A stretch of DNA of 64,000 bases from the human T2T-CHM13v2.0 reference genome, Homo sapiens: the NCBI RefSeq assembly GCF_009914755.1, contig NC_060930.1; one strand, given 5' to 3'. This document shows, piece after piece, positions 44,710-60,131 of the stretch. Positions within the stretch are counted from its first letter, which is position 1. Each line of letters begins with the position of its first letter. A model generated the notes under the pieces. It saw only the letters and a list, made by a program, of their open reading frames with translations. It ran no database searches and was not told the origin of the DNA. The translations under genes and the position numbers were made by a program.

Positions 44710-46270
44710 TAAATTTTGTAATCAGATTGTAAATTTCTAAAAAAAAAACCTGCTGAAATTTTTATTGGGATTACATTGACTACACAGATCAATTTAGGGG
44801 AGAAAATGACACCTTTATCAACACTGAATCTTCCAATCTATGAACACAGTATATCCCTCCATTTATTTAGGTCTTCTTTAATTTCTCTTAGTAAAGCTTC
44901 ATAGAGAGGTAGGGGTCTTGAAAAACAATTTCTAGGTTAAAGGGCATCATCTTAAAATTTTGTTTTCTAATTATTTGTTCCAATCTAAGAATACAATTAA
45001 TTTTTTTTGCACCCTGACCTTGAAGCCAATGGCTTTGGTAAATCCACTTATTAAATATCATAGTTTATCAGCAGATTCTTTTTGAGATTCTATATACATA
45101 AGCATATTTTCTTTATACAGTAATAGTTTTTAAAGACTTTTTCCCAATTCTTATAACTCTAATTTTTTTATTCTTTATTGCAGTATGCCCTCCAGTAAAA
45201 TGTCATATAGAAATAATGATAGCTGAAATCCTCATCTTTTCCCAAAATCAAGTGAAAATATTTCAGTACACTACTGTTAAGTAGGATGCTTGCCATGGAT
45301 GTTTTGTGTATACTCTTTGTTAGTTTAAAGAAGTTCTTTTAATTCCAAATTTACTGAGAGTTTTCATCATGAATAAGTGTTGAATTTTATCAAATAATTT
45401 TAATGCATCTGGGGAGATGATGATATGATTTTTTGCCTTCATCTGTTGTTAATGTGGAGAGTTTCACTAATTGATTTTGGAATGTTAAGCCAACCTCGCA
45501 CACTTTGAATAAAGACAATTTGGCCATTATGCACTATCTTTTTATACATTAATGTTCAGTTTACTATTTTTTTGGTTAGAATCTTTGTGCCTATTTATGA
45601 CAGGGATTATGTTGTATTTTTTTTTTCTTGTAATATCCTTGTCAAGGTTATGCTAGCCTCATGAAATAAGATAGAAAATGTTTTCTCCATATTTCAGGTT
45701 AATTGGTGTTATTTCTTTCTTAAAAGGATGACTTCATGTTGAACTTAACTGGACCTGGATTTATCTTTGAAGTGAGGTTTTTCATTTTAAATTCAATTTC
45801 TTTAGGAGAAATAAGATTGCTTATGTTTTTCTATCTCTCCTTGTGTTCATTTTGTAAGTTGTATTTTTCAAAGAACTTTTCTACTTCTAAATTTCTCCAC
45901 AACTTATTTTAAATATTTGTTGAAACTGTAGTGACTTCCCATTTTTCATTCTTCATATTGAGAATTTGTGTGTTTTATTTTTTTGTTCTTGATCAGGCTT
46001 GTTAGAGTTTGTCAACTTTATCAATCTTTTTTAAAAAAGTTTATCAATCTTTTAAACAACTTTTTGTTCTGTTGATTTTGTCTATTTTTGTTTTTCATTT
46101 CATTGATTTCTGCTCTTAACTTTATTATTACATTCCTTCAATTTTCTTTAAATTTTTTCCTCTAGTTTCTTGAAATAGATGCTTAATCTCAACTTTTCTT
46201 CTTTTTCCATATATGCATTTAAAACAAAAAATTCCCATCTTGGCATTATTTTAGTCACATAACACGAGTT

Positions 46271-46567
46271 GTTTTGTTTGTTTGTCTGTTTTTTGAGACA
46301 GAGTCTCGCTCTGTCACCCAGGCTGGAGTACAGTGGCATGGTCTCTTGGCTCACTGCAACCTCCACCTCCCAGGCTCAAGTGATTCTCCTGCCTCAGCCT
46401 CCTGAGTAGGTGGGAATACAGGGGCCCACCACCACACCCAGCTAATTTTTGTATTTTTAGTAGAGATGGAGTTTTGCCATGTTGGCCGTGTTGGTCTCCA
46501 ACTCCTGGCCTCAAGTGATCCATCCACCTCAGCCACCTAACGTGCTGAGATTACAGGTGTGTCTGGC
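46271..46567 (-). mobile_element. Alu (S/J), antisense
   Basis: GAGACAGAGTCTCGCTCTGTCACCCAGGCTGGAG...GATTACAGGTGTGTCTGGC. Confidence 0.9.
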
Positions 46568-48677
46568 TTCTATTTCTATTGTCTATGTTATTATTGTTCT
46601 CATAAATATAATGTGTCTTTCTCTGGCTGCTTTTAAGATTTTACCTTTGTCTTTGATTTTTGCAGTTTTACCATGCTATTCTAGTATTTTTGTTTGGTAT
46701 TGATCCTGTTTTGAAAAACCATTTTGAAAAATTCTCAATCAGAATGCCTTTGAATATTTTCCTGATTATGCACACATTAAGCTACATGAAGTTTTTTCAC
46801 AGCTCACTTATACTTTTATCATTTGTTTGAGTCTATTTTTTCTGTGCTTCATTTAGGATATTTTCTCTTACTATACATCTTCAAGTTCACTAATTTTTTC
46901 TTCTACTATGTCTAATCTGCCATCAATCCCATTTATTATTTAATCTCAGACAGTAAAGTTTTTCTCCAGAAGTTTCATTTGGATCTTTTAAAATATTTTC
47001 CATATCTCTACTTCACTATCTGAACATATAGAATAAAGTTCTAACAACTGGTTTGTTCTTGTCTGCTAGTTCTAACTAACCTCTGTGCTGGTTCTGGATT
47101 GCCTTCAATTCACTGATTATTCTCCTCACTATAGGTCACGGTTCTTTGAATGCTTGATATCTTTATTTGGATGCCAAACATTGTGGATTTTTACCTTGTT
47201 GAGCTCTGAATATTTTTGTTTAAATATTCTTGTATAACTATTCTTGAGCTTTGTTCTGGGATGTATTGGAAATGATTTGATTCTTTCAGCTGTAACTTTT
47301 ATGATTTGTTAGGCAGGTCCATAACTGCTTAATCTGAGGCCAATTATTCTCCATTACTAAGGCACAACATTGCTAAGTATTCTACCCAAATGCCTCATGA
47401 ATTGAGTTTTCCAGTCTGGTTGGTGGGAATAGTCACTATTCTCAGCTTTGTGTATGTGTCAGGCACTATTCTCTCATTCTTCCAGATTTTTTTTCTTGCC
47501 CCATTCTTGGGTAGCTTCCTCACATGCATGTGTTGGTCTGTACTCTGTTGTGCACACAGGGGGAACCTTTGCAGACATCCAGGGTTTTCCCTTTGTATGC
47601 CGTCCCATGACCTCTGGCCATGGTGATCTCCTACATCCTCAGCCCCATCTCCTCTGCTCTACCTGGGTTTCCCCTCCCTGCACTGCAGCCTGGAAGTTTT
47701 CTGAAGGCAGTAAGCTGGAGTACTCCTAGGACTCCCCTTCATGCTCTGTCTGAATCACTGCCCTTTGTTTCCTGCTGAGAAGTCTTGAAAATCATTTTTT
47801 CATATATTTTGTATGTTTTTCTATTGTTGTTTCGGAAAGGAGGATAAATTCACGCCCTTTTATCTCACCTTGGGCAGAAGCAGAAGTTGGTGCATTGTAT
47901 TTTAAAAATTTAGTTGACTGGGGAACTCTTTTTCATGGTGCACATTTTGGGAAATTTTAGGTTAAAGTTAATCTGACAGGCACTGGACACTCGATATTTT
48001 TTGAACTAAGAAATGGAATTTACCTATTAAAATTCAAATCCCTTTGAGAGGTAAACCCCTTAAATCATTAACATCCATTAGCACTGATTAGTTTATCTGA
48101 AGATTGGCTTTCCATTTATTTCTTGTCTAGCAGAGAAGAAAAAAATGGAAAAAATAAAATTACAGAGTCAGAAAATTAGGTTGTTAGGAGCGGATAAAGA
48201 TAAGGGCCAAAGCTTAATAGTACCAAAGAATCTTTTTTTTAATTGATTTTTTTTTTTTTTTTTTTTTTTTTGGAGCATCTTCTTTCTACAGGTGAGGTGA
48301 GGTGAATCTTGCAGAGGGTAAGTGTCTTACCTGAGGTCATGCAGCTTGGAATGGAAGAGCTGGGATTACAGCCTGGTTCTAAACTAGGCAACACATTTAA
48401 ATGTGTTATATAGGAAATGATCAATAAATACTAATTTTTCTTTCCTTCTCAATCTAGTGCTGGAGCAGAGGTACTGAATGAGGAAGTGGAGTCTTGGGAT
48501 ACCTTTGGAGGGATCCAGTTAATGGACTGGCTGCCATAATTGGTCTGAGACACTGGTGCAAGCATGGTAGGTATGAGGGACTAAAAGGAAGGAAACAGCC
48601 CACTAGAGGACAATAATCCGAGTACAGAGATAGTATGGGAGCAAGTGACACATATGGTAAATTAAAAAGTCACTGCC

Positions 48678-48946
<269 letters not shown>

Positions 48947-48979
48947 TCACTGCCAACAACTGAAAATACCTCCAGGTAT

Positions 48980-49075
48980 TTCCTTCCTTCCTTCCTTCCT
49001 TCCTTCCTTCCTTCCTTCCTTCCTTCCTTCCTTCCTTCCTTCTTTCCTTTCTTCCTTCCTTCCTCCCTTCCTTCC
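48980..49075 (+). repeat. (TTCC)n tetranucleotide repeat
   Basis: Long polypyrimidine TTCC array with a few variant units. Confidence 0.95.
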
Positions 49076-49518
49076 CACTTCCATAGTGGGAGCTCGGAGC
49101 CACATGTAATTTCATTTTTTTTTTTTTAAATAATGAACTGCCATGTTTCCTACTTCCAAATTCTAGAGTGCAATTCGTACCTGCTACACTCTGATGAGAG
49201 GGTGTAAGCTTTATTTGTAGAGCTGGAGTTAGTTTGGGCATTGCTATCATGATGATAGGCATTTTTAAGAGGCAGAGAATCAGGCAGGAAAATAGCACAA
49301 AGTAAATGCAGGGAACAGTTACAAAATAAATAGAAAACTTGGGCTCTTAACTTCAAGAAGCTTAATCTAAGCAGAGACATCAGGAAAACACACATCAAAG
49401 GACTTAGTAAAATGCCCCAAGTCAAATCACTGCTGTGCACAACACATACACTTGTAGGAATGATAGCTATTATTATCATAATTTGTTGAGTATCTACTAT
49501 ATGCAGGCATGTAGGCAC

Positions 49519-49837
<319 letters not shown>

Positions 49838-50761
49838 TAGGAACTTTCTATATGCTATAGCATTTAATGTTCACTTTTAATGAGGAAATTAGGACCAGAG
49901 AGGTGAAGCAACTTGCCCACAATCACACAGCTAGCAAATGACAGAACTAGGTCTCAAGGTCAGGTCTGTCGTTTCCATCACCTTTGCTCGCATCACCACC
50001 CTTCTAAAGACAAACAGAGTAGTGGATCCTTAGATGCCAAGAGATAAACTTGGGATCAACACAGCTGGGAGGACCCAGCAAGAATTGGCAAAGTAGAGGG
50101 CATATTTTATAATTTAAGAAGCAAAATGCTGTCACATGTCAGCAGAGTCAAGGGGGAAAAAAGTGCATAAAACTAAAAAAATTAAGAATGATAAAGAAAA
50201 ACCAAGTAGGTAAGGATGAGGGTGTGTTGACCCTTGTTTCAACTCCACTGGTTTCTTCCCCACAAAATCATTTAGGGAATAGAGAGACAATAACAGGAGG
50301 GCAGAGGCACTTAATCAGAGATTTTACAAACCACTAAATCAAAAGAGACTGTGAAATTCCCGCCCGGGGAAGCTAACAGTGAGATTAAATGGATTAGTCT
50401 ACTGTACAGGAATCCGGGGAATGCAGGCAGCATGTGCTTTTGTTGTGGATTGCTCAGCAGCAACACGATAGTTTTACATCTCCCAGAAACATATGGGCAT
50501 GTGCCCTTCTGCAAACCAGCAAGCAAGAGCAGCGCCTGGCGAGCTGCTTCCCCTACACCACACGTCTCGTTTCAGGAGGTGGCAGATAGTGACATTTTAT
50601 GGAGAGCTTGCGCAGGGAACGTGTGGGAAATGAAAAGGCAACCCAGCTAATCGCACCCATAATTTCTAAGCTCAGAGCTGGGTTCACTACGGTTGTGGGG
50701 AATAAAAAAAGAACTGGAATTAGGAGTTCTGGTATTAATCCTTGCAAAGAAAGGGAGAAGA

Positions 50762-51214
<453 letters not shown>

Positions 51215-52849
51215 TTAAACTCACAAAACACACAGATTGCTAGTTTCCAGAAATCCACATCCAAACTCCAAAAAGCCAGACATTGGTTAGATATATGTAC
51301 AAACTCTGACCCGCCTGAGTTAACGGTTGACATCAGCAGTCTATAATAAATAATTAATATAGCCCTAGGAGACATAAAGCCAGCAACATGGTATCTCTCC
51401 CTCAGCTCTAAATGGAATGCCAGATAACCTACTTTGAAGAGTAATGTGTTCACAGTATGTGGGAATTAACTGCTCAATATAATAAGTACTATTGAATTTC
51501 CCATCTCCATGCACATGGAGGGCAACTGCCACCAAAAACACAGTAATAACAGTAACTGAGTGATGAAAAAAAGAGCCCCATTTTTTATTACAACCTTAAA
51601 ATGTTATAGGTTAAAATAATCTTAAAGGGTTTAAAAAACAGCAATTAAATCTTTCCATTTCTGTTTTCCAAGACTGCAGCTGAGAACACGAGGGCCTAAG
51701 AGCCATACGGTGCTAGCCTTGCTAATAACGCTCTGTGAAAAATCTCATTAATTCAGTCTGGCTCTTCAGATCAGCCGCTAAATCCTTGTATTGTCACTCA
51801 TCCTCTGGCCTTTTCAGGATTTCCATAGCCTAACTAGAAGTATCTCCATGGAAACCAAGCAGTCCTGCTTTGCACATCCCGGAACTTTTTGTTCCTGACA
51901 AAGCTTGACAAATCACATGCAGCATGGAGAGTTTAACATAGCGAACTAAATCCTGACCCGCACTTAGAAATGATAAACCCAAGCATACCAGCTTTATTAT
52001 AAATGATTTCCTTACAAGATACTTAACCAAGCCAGTGAAATGCTGAACCAGACAAGTTTCAAGAACAAGGTGCTGGGGGGGAGAAGGGGGGGGGGGGAAG
52101 GCAAATAAATAAATAGATAAATAGGAACCCCAGGTGTGTTCAGCTGTAGGTTCTGCGAGCTCATTTTCTGTCTAATTGACTTAAATTGAAAGCAACTGAA
52201 GGCGAGAAAGAGCGAGAAGGATGCTGTTTCTGAGAAGGCCTTCCTTTTTTTCCTCTGGAGAAAGTGAAATCCTAAATCCATTCCCTCATTTTCCCTAACT
52301 CCTGAAGAGAATGGGAATCTACAGGTCTCTATCCCTGGTGAGCCCGGAGGTTGAGTTTTCACAAGGGCAGCAAGAAGAATCCCTTCTCCTCTTCCTGTCC
52401 ACCTTCTGAAGAGGAGGAGACAGAGCCGGGTTGCAGATCCTCACCAAAGTGGATGCTGTTCCCAGAGGAAGGAAGGCCCCCCCGGGGCAAGGTTGCCAAC
52501 ATGACCCCACAGAGACCAGGAACAAACGTTCTTGCCTTTGGACTTCACTTCTTCACAGAGCCAGAGTTACAGGCCAACCTGAAGATGGTATCATGACTCA
52601 CACACACTTATTTCTCAGCCTCAGCCAGGCTCAAGAGCAAGACTGCTGAAGGAGGAAGGGCCCTTCATGGCCTCCTCTGCCTCGTGACTGCTTTACCTGC
52701 CACTGATGAGGCTTCCCTGGGATGAGATGGAGACGAGGGCACTGAATGACTTTGAGTTAGGGGGACTCAAGAGGGTGAGGGCACCATGATCATTACCCCT
52801 TCAGTCTCCTGTCTCCCTCTTGGCATCTCTGCAACACAGAAGGCTGGCA

Positions 52850-53215
52850 ATGGTGAGATATTATATTGTCAATTATTCAAACTTTAGAATTTTCTGATGC
52901 CTCAACATCCCTGCAAATGGGCTGTGAGCACCTTGCCCAGGTGACCAGGTGCACCAGTGTGCTAAGGCTGGTCCGGGCCACAGGTTCCCCACTTTGTGCT
53001 CCCCTGACTGGGACCTAGTGACATCAACACCACCAGTGCAATCCCCTCACACCTTTTGCTTGTGGATTCCCCTCTGAAGTCCAATAAAGGCGCTTGTCTG
53101 AGTCCTCTCTCTCTCATCTCTTTCTCTCTCTCTCTGTCTCAACTCTGCACTACCTTGGTTGAGTCAGCTCCCTTGGCACTCCTCCAATGTGGCCCCACGT
53201 GGCAGGGTGCTCTTC
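52850..53215 (+). mobile_element. ERVL LTR47-like LTR
   Basis: TTTTCTGATGCC...CAAATGGGCTGTGAG...CTTTGTGCTCCCCTGACTGGGACC...CCAATAAAGGC...GTGGCCCCACGTGGC. Confidence 0.6.
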
Positions 53216-53859
53216 ACGACCTTTGCTAGCCTCCATCCATCTACTTAATATGCTCTCCGAGTATAATTCCCATGGCCATGTGGGGTGATCTTTAAAGACC
53301 CCACACGGGATTGCTCCCCCATTTATAAGAAGCAAGTGACAAGAGAAGGCCCAGGGCAGTACAGGGAGGCCTGGGAAATGCCACAAGTCCTCCTTATATT
53401 CTGCCTCCTTAGCCTGAGCCTTGATTCCACTTGGAATCACACTAGGGGTATCTTCAAAGGTCTGAGACAGAAGTCTTCCTTCTTGGGTTCTTGGTGTGGA
53501 GGCTGGTGATGTTTTTGAGACACCATAATATTTGTAGCATTGGCGATGCCTTGCCTAGACAAACCACAGAAGACTAGACTGACCTCTGCATGGGCAGCAG
53601 TGTCTGAACTCTCATCACCCAAGAACTCGCCAACACAGCGCTACTGGGTATTTACAACAACAACCAGTTCTGGACACATTGTACACGGTCTACAAATACT
53701 TGCTGATTAACTGAATTGGGGCCTGTAAGATCCCACAGCTCCCTCAGATTCTTCAAAGCAAGAGTAAATGAAGCTTAGTCTCATTTCAACCTTCAGTGAA
53801 CACTACTGTGCTCTGTGAAAGTTGAGAATCCATATAATAATAATAGTAATAATAATAAT

Positions 53860-54120
53860 AATGGCAGTTAGCTGTTATCAAGTTCTTACCCTGTAATACC
53901 AGGCGTTCTTCTGAGTGTTTATTATATACATATATTAGCTCCTTTAATCCTCCTAATGATCACCTGGAGAAGATACTATTATTATGCCTATATTATTACC
54001 TTCATTTTATCAATGAAAGTACTGAGACACAAAGGGCTTAACGAACTTGCTTAAATTCACAGAGCTGGGCTTTGAACCAAGGCAAACTCTAGCATTTATG
54101 CATTTAACCACTACCCTTTG
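53860..54120 (-). mobile_element. MIR, preceded by (AAT)n
   Basis: TTTAATCCTC...TACTATTATT...ACTGAGACACAAAGGGCTTAACGAACTTGC...CTGGGCTTTGAACC. Confidence 0.75.
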
Positions 54121-54253
54121 CTGTCTCTTGTGATACTATCAATGCTAAGTGCCTCAAACCAAAATATTCAGTAAATTATAATAGCTACTGTTGGGGCTCA
54201 GAAAACAACACCCCAAAATGAAGACCTCAGAAGTGGCTTCAGAAGCATCCTCA

Positions 54254-54620
<367 letters not shown>

Positions 54621-55028
54621 CTAGTCATAGAAATTGGGATTCCCTCTTTCCCAAGTGGAGTCATACAAACCAGAACCTCTTTTCCCCAAAGCTAGGAATG
54701 AAACCTAAAAGTATTACTCTAATTTCCCTTCCACCTTTCTGTGTAAAAACTGGACATTCAGAAATGATCTGATCTACCTTGTTTGACTGTCAGTCATAAG
54801 ACCTCCACTGCCATTCCAGAGAGAGTCCTGTGCCATTCCAGAGAGAGTCCTGTCCCATTCCCAGAAGGAGGAAATGGTGCACAGAGAAGCCAAGAAGAAT
54901 CTAGAAAGGCAGGCCTTGCTGGGTGTCCCCACTCAGTCTATTAGTATTAGATCATACCCTCTTTGTCCAATCACCTTTCCACAGGGTCGTCCATCCTTTG
55001 TGAAACCTAAGCATAAAAATGGACAATT

Positions 55029-55353
<325 letters not shown>

Positions 55354-55479
55354 TCATTCTGAAAGCTCCTGTGTTTACCTGTTAAATACGTTTGTATGCC
55401 TTTTCTCCAGTTAATCTGTCTTTTGCAAGTTGATTTTTCAGTGAAACTTCAGAAGGCCCCTTGACCCCACCTTAGCAAT

Positions 55480-55670
55480 TATGAAATGCTCGCTCTGTGT
55501 GGGGTACTACTCTGGCTTTATACACATCACCTCATTCACTATTATTAGCACCACTTTTCAGATGAGGAAACTGAGGCACAGAGAAGTTAAGTAACTCACC
55601 CAAAGTCATATAACCAATAAATGACAGAACCAGATTCTAACCCAAGCATCATGGCTCCAGAAGTTCCCAT
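55480..55670 (-). mobile_element. MIR
   Basis: TTTTCAGATGAGGAAACTGAGGCACAGAGAAGTTAAGTAACTCACCCAAAGTCA. Confidence 0.85.
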
Positions 55671-56793
55671 CAGCCAGTACCCTGGTTTCCCTGATCATTC
55701 GAGAAAGATGTGGAGTAATATTCCATGGAACACCTGTTCTAGGCAGGGACATTCTCTTTCTGAACGACCCCATCCAGCCCATCAGACGAGCTGGGTATTG
55801 TTATCTTTTTTCTTACAAGACTTCCTTTCAAACTGCTTTTTTAGAGGTGCTCAAAACAACTTGAGGCCCAGAGTGAGCCGGTGGGAAGGGCTGCCCTTTG
55901 CCCTGGTCCTGGGAGGACACACCTGAGTGGACATAGCCTTTTGACCCCTCTCAAGGAGCCGAGAATAAAGTGCCTGTCACGCTCACACACAGGACTGTCA
56001 GTGAGTTCAGCTGAGTCCCGCTCTACATGCAGGCTCTGGAAGATCAGACAGCGCTCATTGGGTAGAGGGACAGTGCCAATGCTTGGGAACCTAAAATTAG
56101 GCCTACCAGCTGTGTTTTGGGTTTGCAGGCACGTGCACATCTGATCCATTCTTGAGCACACTGGGTATTGAAATATATATGAAACCTGCTTTCTGAAGTA
56201 CAGAGAAAGCATAAAATTCTTGCACCTTTTATTTTATTTATTGTTTCTCTTCTGAGGCCCTAACTTCTTCTTTACAGCCCAGGGAATGACATTTCTCCCC
56301 TGTCCGTTTTCCCCTCTGGGCTGCTTCCTCTGAAGAAAACATCAACCCTCACCCTTAAGAAACCCGGGCGGTCACTTTGGGGCTGGAACACGGGCATGTC
56401 ATTTCTCCTCTCAGCCTGGGCTCTCTGTTTCCTGGATCACAGGCTCTTCTAGAATCTTCAGCCTGCTACACTTAGCAAATGGGGCCCAAGGCTGAGCCTA
56501 AGGTGGTCCAAGAGCTGGTTCTTGGCTTAGGAGTGGATAGGCTGAAGTGCATGGCGCAGAGCCTTGGAGGAGAATTGGAGGAGAGGACCTGGGTTTATAT
56601 CCCAGGTGAGGACAAGCTGGGCACGAAAGAGAGGGTAGGACAGGAGGCCTAAGACAGGGGGCAGAGAGCAAGCATACGGCCCCAGACAAAAGGGTTAGCC
56701 ACAGAGAACCGGCAAGGTGGAACTAAGATTGGCAGGCACTGCCCGGAAATATTCCTGGAGGTGTTTGCTCCAACAGAGTGAGAACTTTCTATA

Positions 56794-56998
56794 GCAGCCC
56801 TGCCCGATAGGACTTTCTGTGACAATGGAAGTGTGCTACAGCTGCACTAACGGATGAGGTAGCCACCAGCCACATGGGACAATTAAGCATTTGAAATGTG
56901 GCTTATGTAACTGAGGTACTGAATTTTTAATTTAATGTAATACTTTAGAATTTAAATGGCCACATATGGCTAGTGGCTACCATATTGGACGGTGCAGT
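56794..56998. mobile_element. MER3/MER33 (hAT-Charlie)
   Basis: GTAGCCACCAGCCACATG...GCATTTGAAATGTGGCT...GCCACATATGGCTAGTGGCTACCATATTGGAC. Confidence 0.85.
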
Positions 56999-57329
56999 AG
57001 GAAGAGGAAGGAGCTCTGCCAGTGTGCACAGTAAAATGTCACAGATTGGAATCAATGCCTGGAGCAATGTCAGCTCTTCCACTCTAGCCACCTGCCTTTA
57101 TGCAGAAGCACACCTCAGCCATTCAACCTATGGTTGGCTCTCTAGTCTCTTTCCTGCCGCCCTCCTGGGAAGATGCCCCCATTTCTCTTCTGTAGCCCTT
57201 TTCAGAATGAAGTAGTCCTTGCTGTCAGGAGCGCCTTCCTGGCCCAAGTTCAATTTTACCTGTTGGGTGTACGCCCATTTCCTTAGTGCAGTCTTTTATG
57301 TCCTGAGCAATTCTTCCTGCCCCCGTGTT

Positions 57330-57760
57330 GACGGCATACACATTCTTCTGTCTATGTTACTTCTCAGACTCCCAATTCCAACTCTCTGTTTCTGGACTGT
57401 TTTTCCTCTTATCTGGGCCACTGCAGCCTCCTAGCTCACTTCCCTGTGCCTACAATTATTGTTTGCACAACAGGCTGAGTGATCTTTCAAACACATGAAT
57501 GGGAACCTCTCTCTTTTAAGCATGAAATCATTCAGGAGCTTCCTTCCCAGGCATGAGCCAGTCTCTGCCTACCTCTTCATCTCATCCTGCACTGCCCTTC
57601 CTGAGGCCTCCATCAGTCCCTCCCTACCCGTTGTCACCCCAGCTCTTCACATTCTATCAACTCCCTGCAGGCAGGGCCTTTGTCTGTTCATGCCTAGGGA
57701 TGTAGTGCCTGGTGTATAGAAGGTGCTCAGGAATTATTTGTTGAGTGAATGAGTGAATAA
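57330..57760 (+). mobile_element. L2 3' fragment
   Basis: Ends AGTGCCTGGTGTATAGAAGGTGCTCAGGAATTATTTGTTGAGTGAATGAGTGAAT. Confidence 0.65.
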
Positions 57761-58008
57761 TGGATTAGTACTCCAAGGACATAATAGGTGGATACCATCA
57801 CTAATGTATTGTTAATAGCCAACTGTAGTATATCCCTTAAAGTACTCAATATGCTTGAAAGATGTTTTTACATTGATCCCGAAATAAAAATGAAGAATGT
57901 GTTTCTTAAGTCCTGACCCATACACCAGAATAAAGACTATCTATCTCAAGCGTGTGACTCCTCCCAGGCCCCACAGTATCTTGGGCTTGTCTCAAAATAT
58001 ACTGTATT

Positions 58009-58303
58009 GGGTGAAGTGTGCTGGCTCACTCCTGTAATTTCAGCACTTTGGGAGGCTGAGGTGGGAGGATTGCTTCAGGCCAGGAAATCAAGACCAGCCT
58101 GAACAACCTAGCAAGACTCCATCTCTACCAAAAAACAAAATAATAATAACCCAGCATGGTGGTGTGCACTGGTGGGGGTGGGGGTGGGGTCTGAGGTGAG
58201 AGGATTGCTTGAGCCCAGGAGTAGCTGCAGTGAGCTATGATTGCACCACTGCTCTCCAGCCTGGACCGCAGAGCAAGACTCTGCCTCTAAATAAATAAAA
58301 ATA
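58009..58303 (+). mobile_element. AluJ (diverged)
   Basis: GGGAGGATTGCTT, GCTGCAGTGAGCTATGATTGCACCACTG. Confidence 0.85.
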
Positions 58304-58888
58304 ACATGAAAAAATTTAAAAAGTGTACCATATATTCCTTCCCCAGCAACTACACATTATCATGTACCATTCTGGAACTAAAGTCTTAGCAGAGAAAATA
58401 GAGTTTAGAGTTTGAACAGCAAGATCTCAGGTGAACTTATAAAAACTTTTACAATTTTTACCCTTATACAAATTTTTTTCAAAACTAAAAACAATAAAGA
58501 TGGCATAATAAATCAATGGGCTATCACTGGTGCTTATGAGTTCTTAAATGAGAATACACTGCAGGTACAATTTGCATTTACCATTCCTCACACACTCCAA
58601 ACCCTTTCAAATTTTTATGTCCCACAGTTTCAACGATATGAAGACTATGAAGTGGTTTCCTTGTCCCGGGTCTTTCTGAACACCTTGTGCCTTTCTGACC
58701 TTGTGTCTTGAGGTTGCAGTTGTCCACCAGCTGATTCCCATCCCTCAGGGTTCACTGTGGTTGCAAAGATAAAATCATCTGTTTGATCAAGGTGGATAAA
58801 TCTTTGAGAAGCCTTTAACTAATAAAAGTGCATGACAGCACAGGGGATTTTCCGAAGCCACTCACCTTCAGTTCTGCCCACAATGGCT

Positions 58889-58991
58889 CTGTGCTCGATC
58901 ACAGCGGAGGATGATGGAACACTCCACCAAGCTCTGTCAGCCCCTCAACCCACTGGCCTCCACCCAGTAGCCCTCAGGGTCTCATATAAGG
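58889..58991 (+). repeat. 103-bp dispersed direct repeat, copy 1
   Basis: Ungapped match to 60029-60131 with 8 substitutions (~92%). Confidence 0.95.
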
Positions 58992-59036
58992 CCCTGCTTC
59001 ACTGCCCTCACCTTCTTTTGACTCCCCCAGGGCCAA

Positions 59037-59457
59037 CATTATGACTGAGTTGTGCGCTCCTCAATTCATACTTTGAAATCCTAACCCCTAGTACCTCAGA
59101 ATATAATTCAGAATGTAACTTTGAAGATAGTTTATTTAAAGACGTAATTACAGTAGAGTGAGGCGCTATGGGTGAGCCCTAATCCAATATGACTAGTATC
59201 CTTATTTTGTTTTTTTAAAAAAGGAGATGACGACACAGATACTATCCAGAGGGATGACCAGGTGAAGAATGACCAGGTGAAGACACAGAAAGAAGACCCC
59301 CTTCTACAAGCCAAGGAGAGAGGCCTCAGAAGAAACCAACCCTCACAACTCCTTGATCTCACACTTTCAATCTCCAGACGGCGTGGAAATAAGTTTCTGT
59401 TCTTTAAGTCCCCCAGCCTGGGATACTTTGTTATGACCACCTCAGCAGATGGACACA
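59037..59457 (+). mobile_element. MaLR LTR, MLT1B-like
   Basis: AATCCTAACCCCTAGTACCTCAGAAT...CCCTAATCCAATATGACT...CAAGCCAAGGAGAGAGGCCTCAGAAGAAACCAACC; internal 15-bp duplication ATGACCAGGTGAAGA. Confidence 0.85.
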
Positions 59458-60028
59458 ACCAGGTTGCAAAAGCTACTCTCTCTGCCCTACCCTCCCTTTG
59501 CCTGTCTTTTGCCTTCCTTACTACCAGCTTCTTTTAATTGATTTTTATCAGGGACCAAGAGACGTTTGTGAATATTCAAATTAGAATTCTTAGACGTGAG
59601 AAAAGTATACTGGAAAAAAAAATCTATTAGGACTTCCCATAAGGCAGACCTGCGGCAGGGGCAGGGAGTGGCCAACTTAAAAGACCCTACAGGCATATCC
59701 AAACTGTGTTATGCATTGAGCAGGTTTTCAGGATAAGCCCAGAATGAGATCAAAATCCTCCTGCCAGATGACCTGATGGGCCAATGGACTGTGGGAATCT
59801 TTTAGAGTGTTAGATTTTCTTGAGGACAGGATGCCCGTGAGGAAGACAGCTTGTAGAGGGGTATCTGTAGGAAGAGAGAGAAAACACAAGAGGATCAGAT
59901 GGGGTCTGCCGCCTTCCTCATCTGAGCCCTTGAAAGAGAGAGAAGCTGAGGGGGTGGTTTCCGTGTGAGGCTTTGCTTCCAAGCCAGGTGACAAAGTGGC
60001 AGGCAGAGTGAGGGAAGGGCATTTCTCC

Positions 60029-60131
60029 CTGTGCTCGATCACAGTGGAGGATGACAGAACACTCCACCAAGCTCTGCCAGCCCCTCGACCCACTGGCCTC
60101 CACCCATTGGCCCTCAGGGTCTCACATAAGG
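60029..60131 (+). repeat. 103-bp dispersed direct repeat, copy 2
   Basis: Ungapped match to 58889-58991, offset 1140 bp. Confidence 0.95.
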
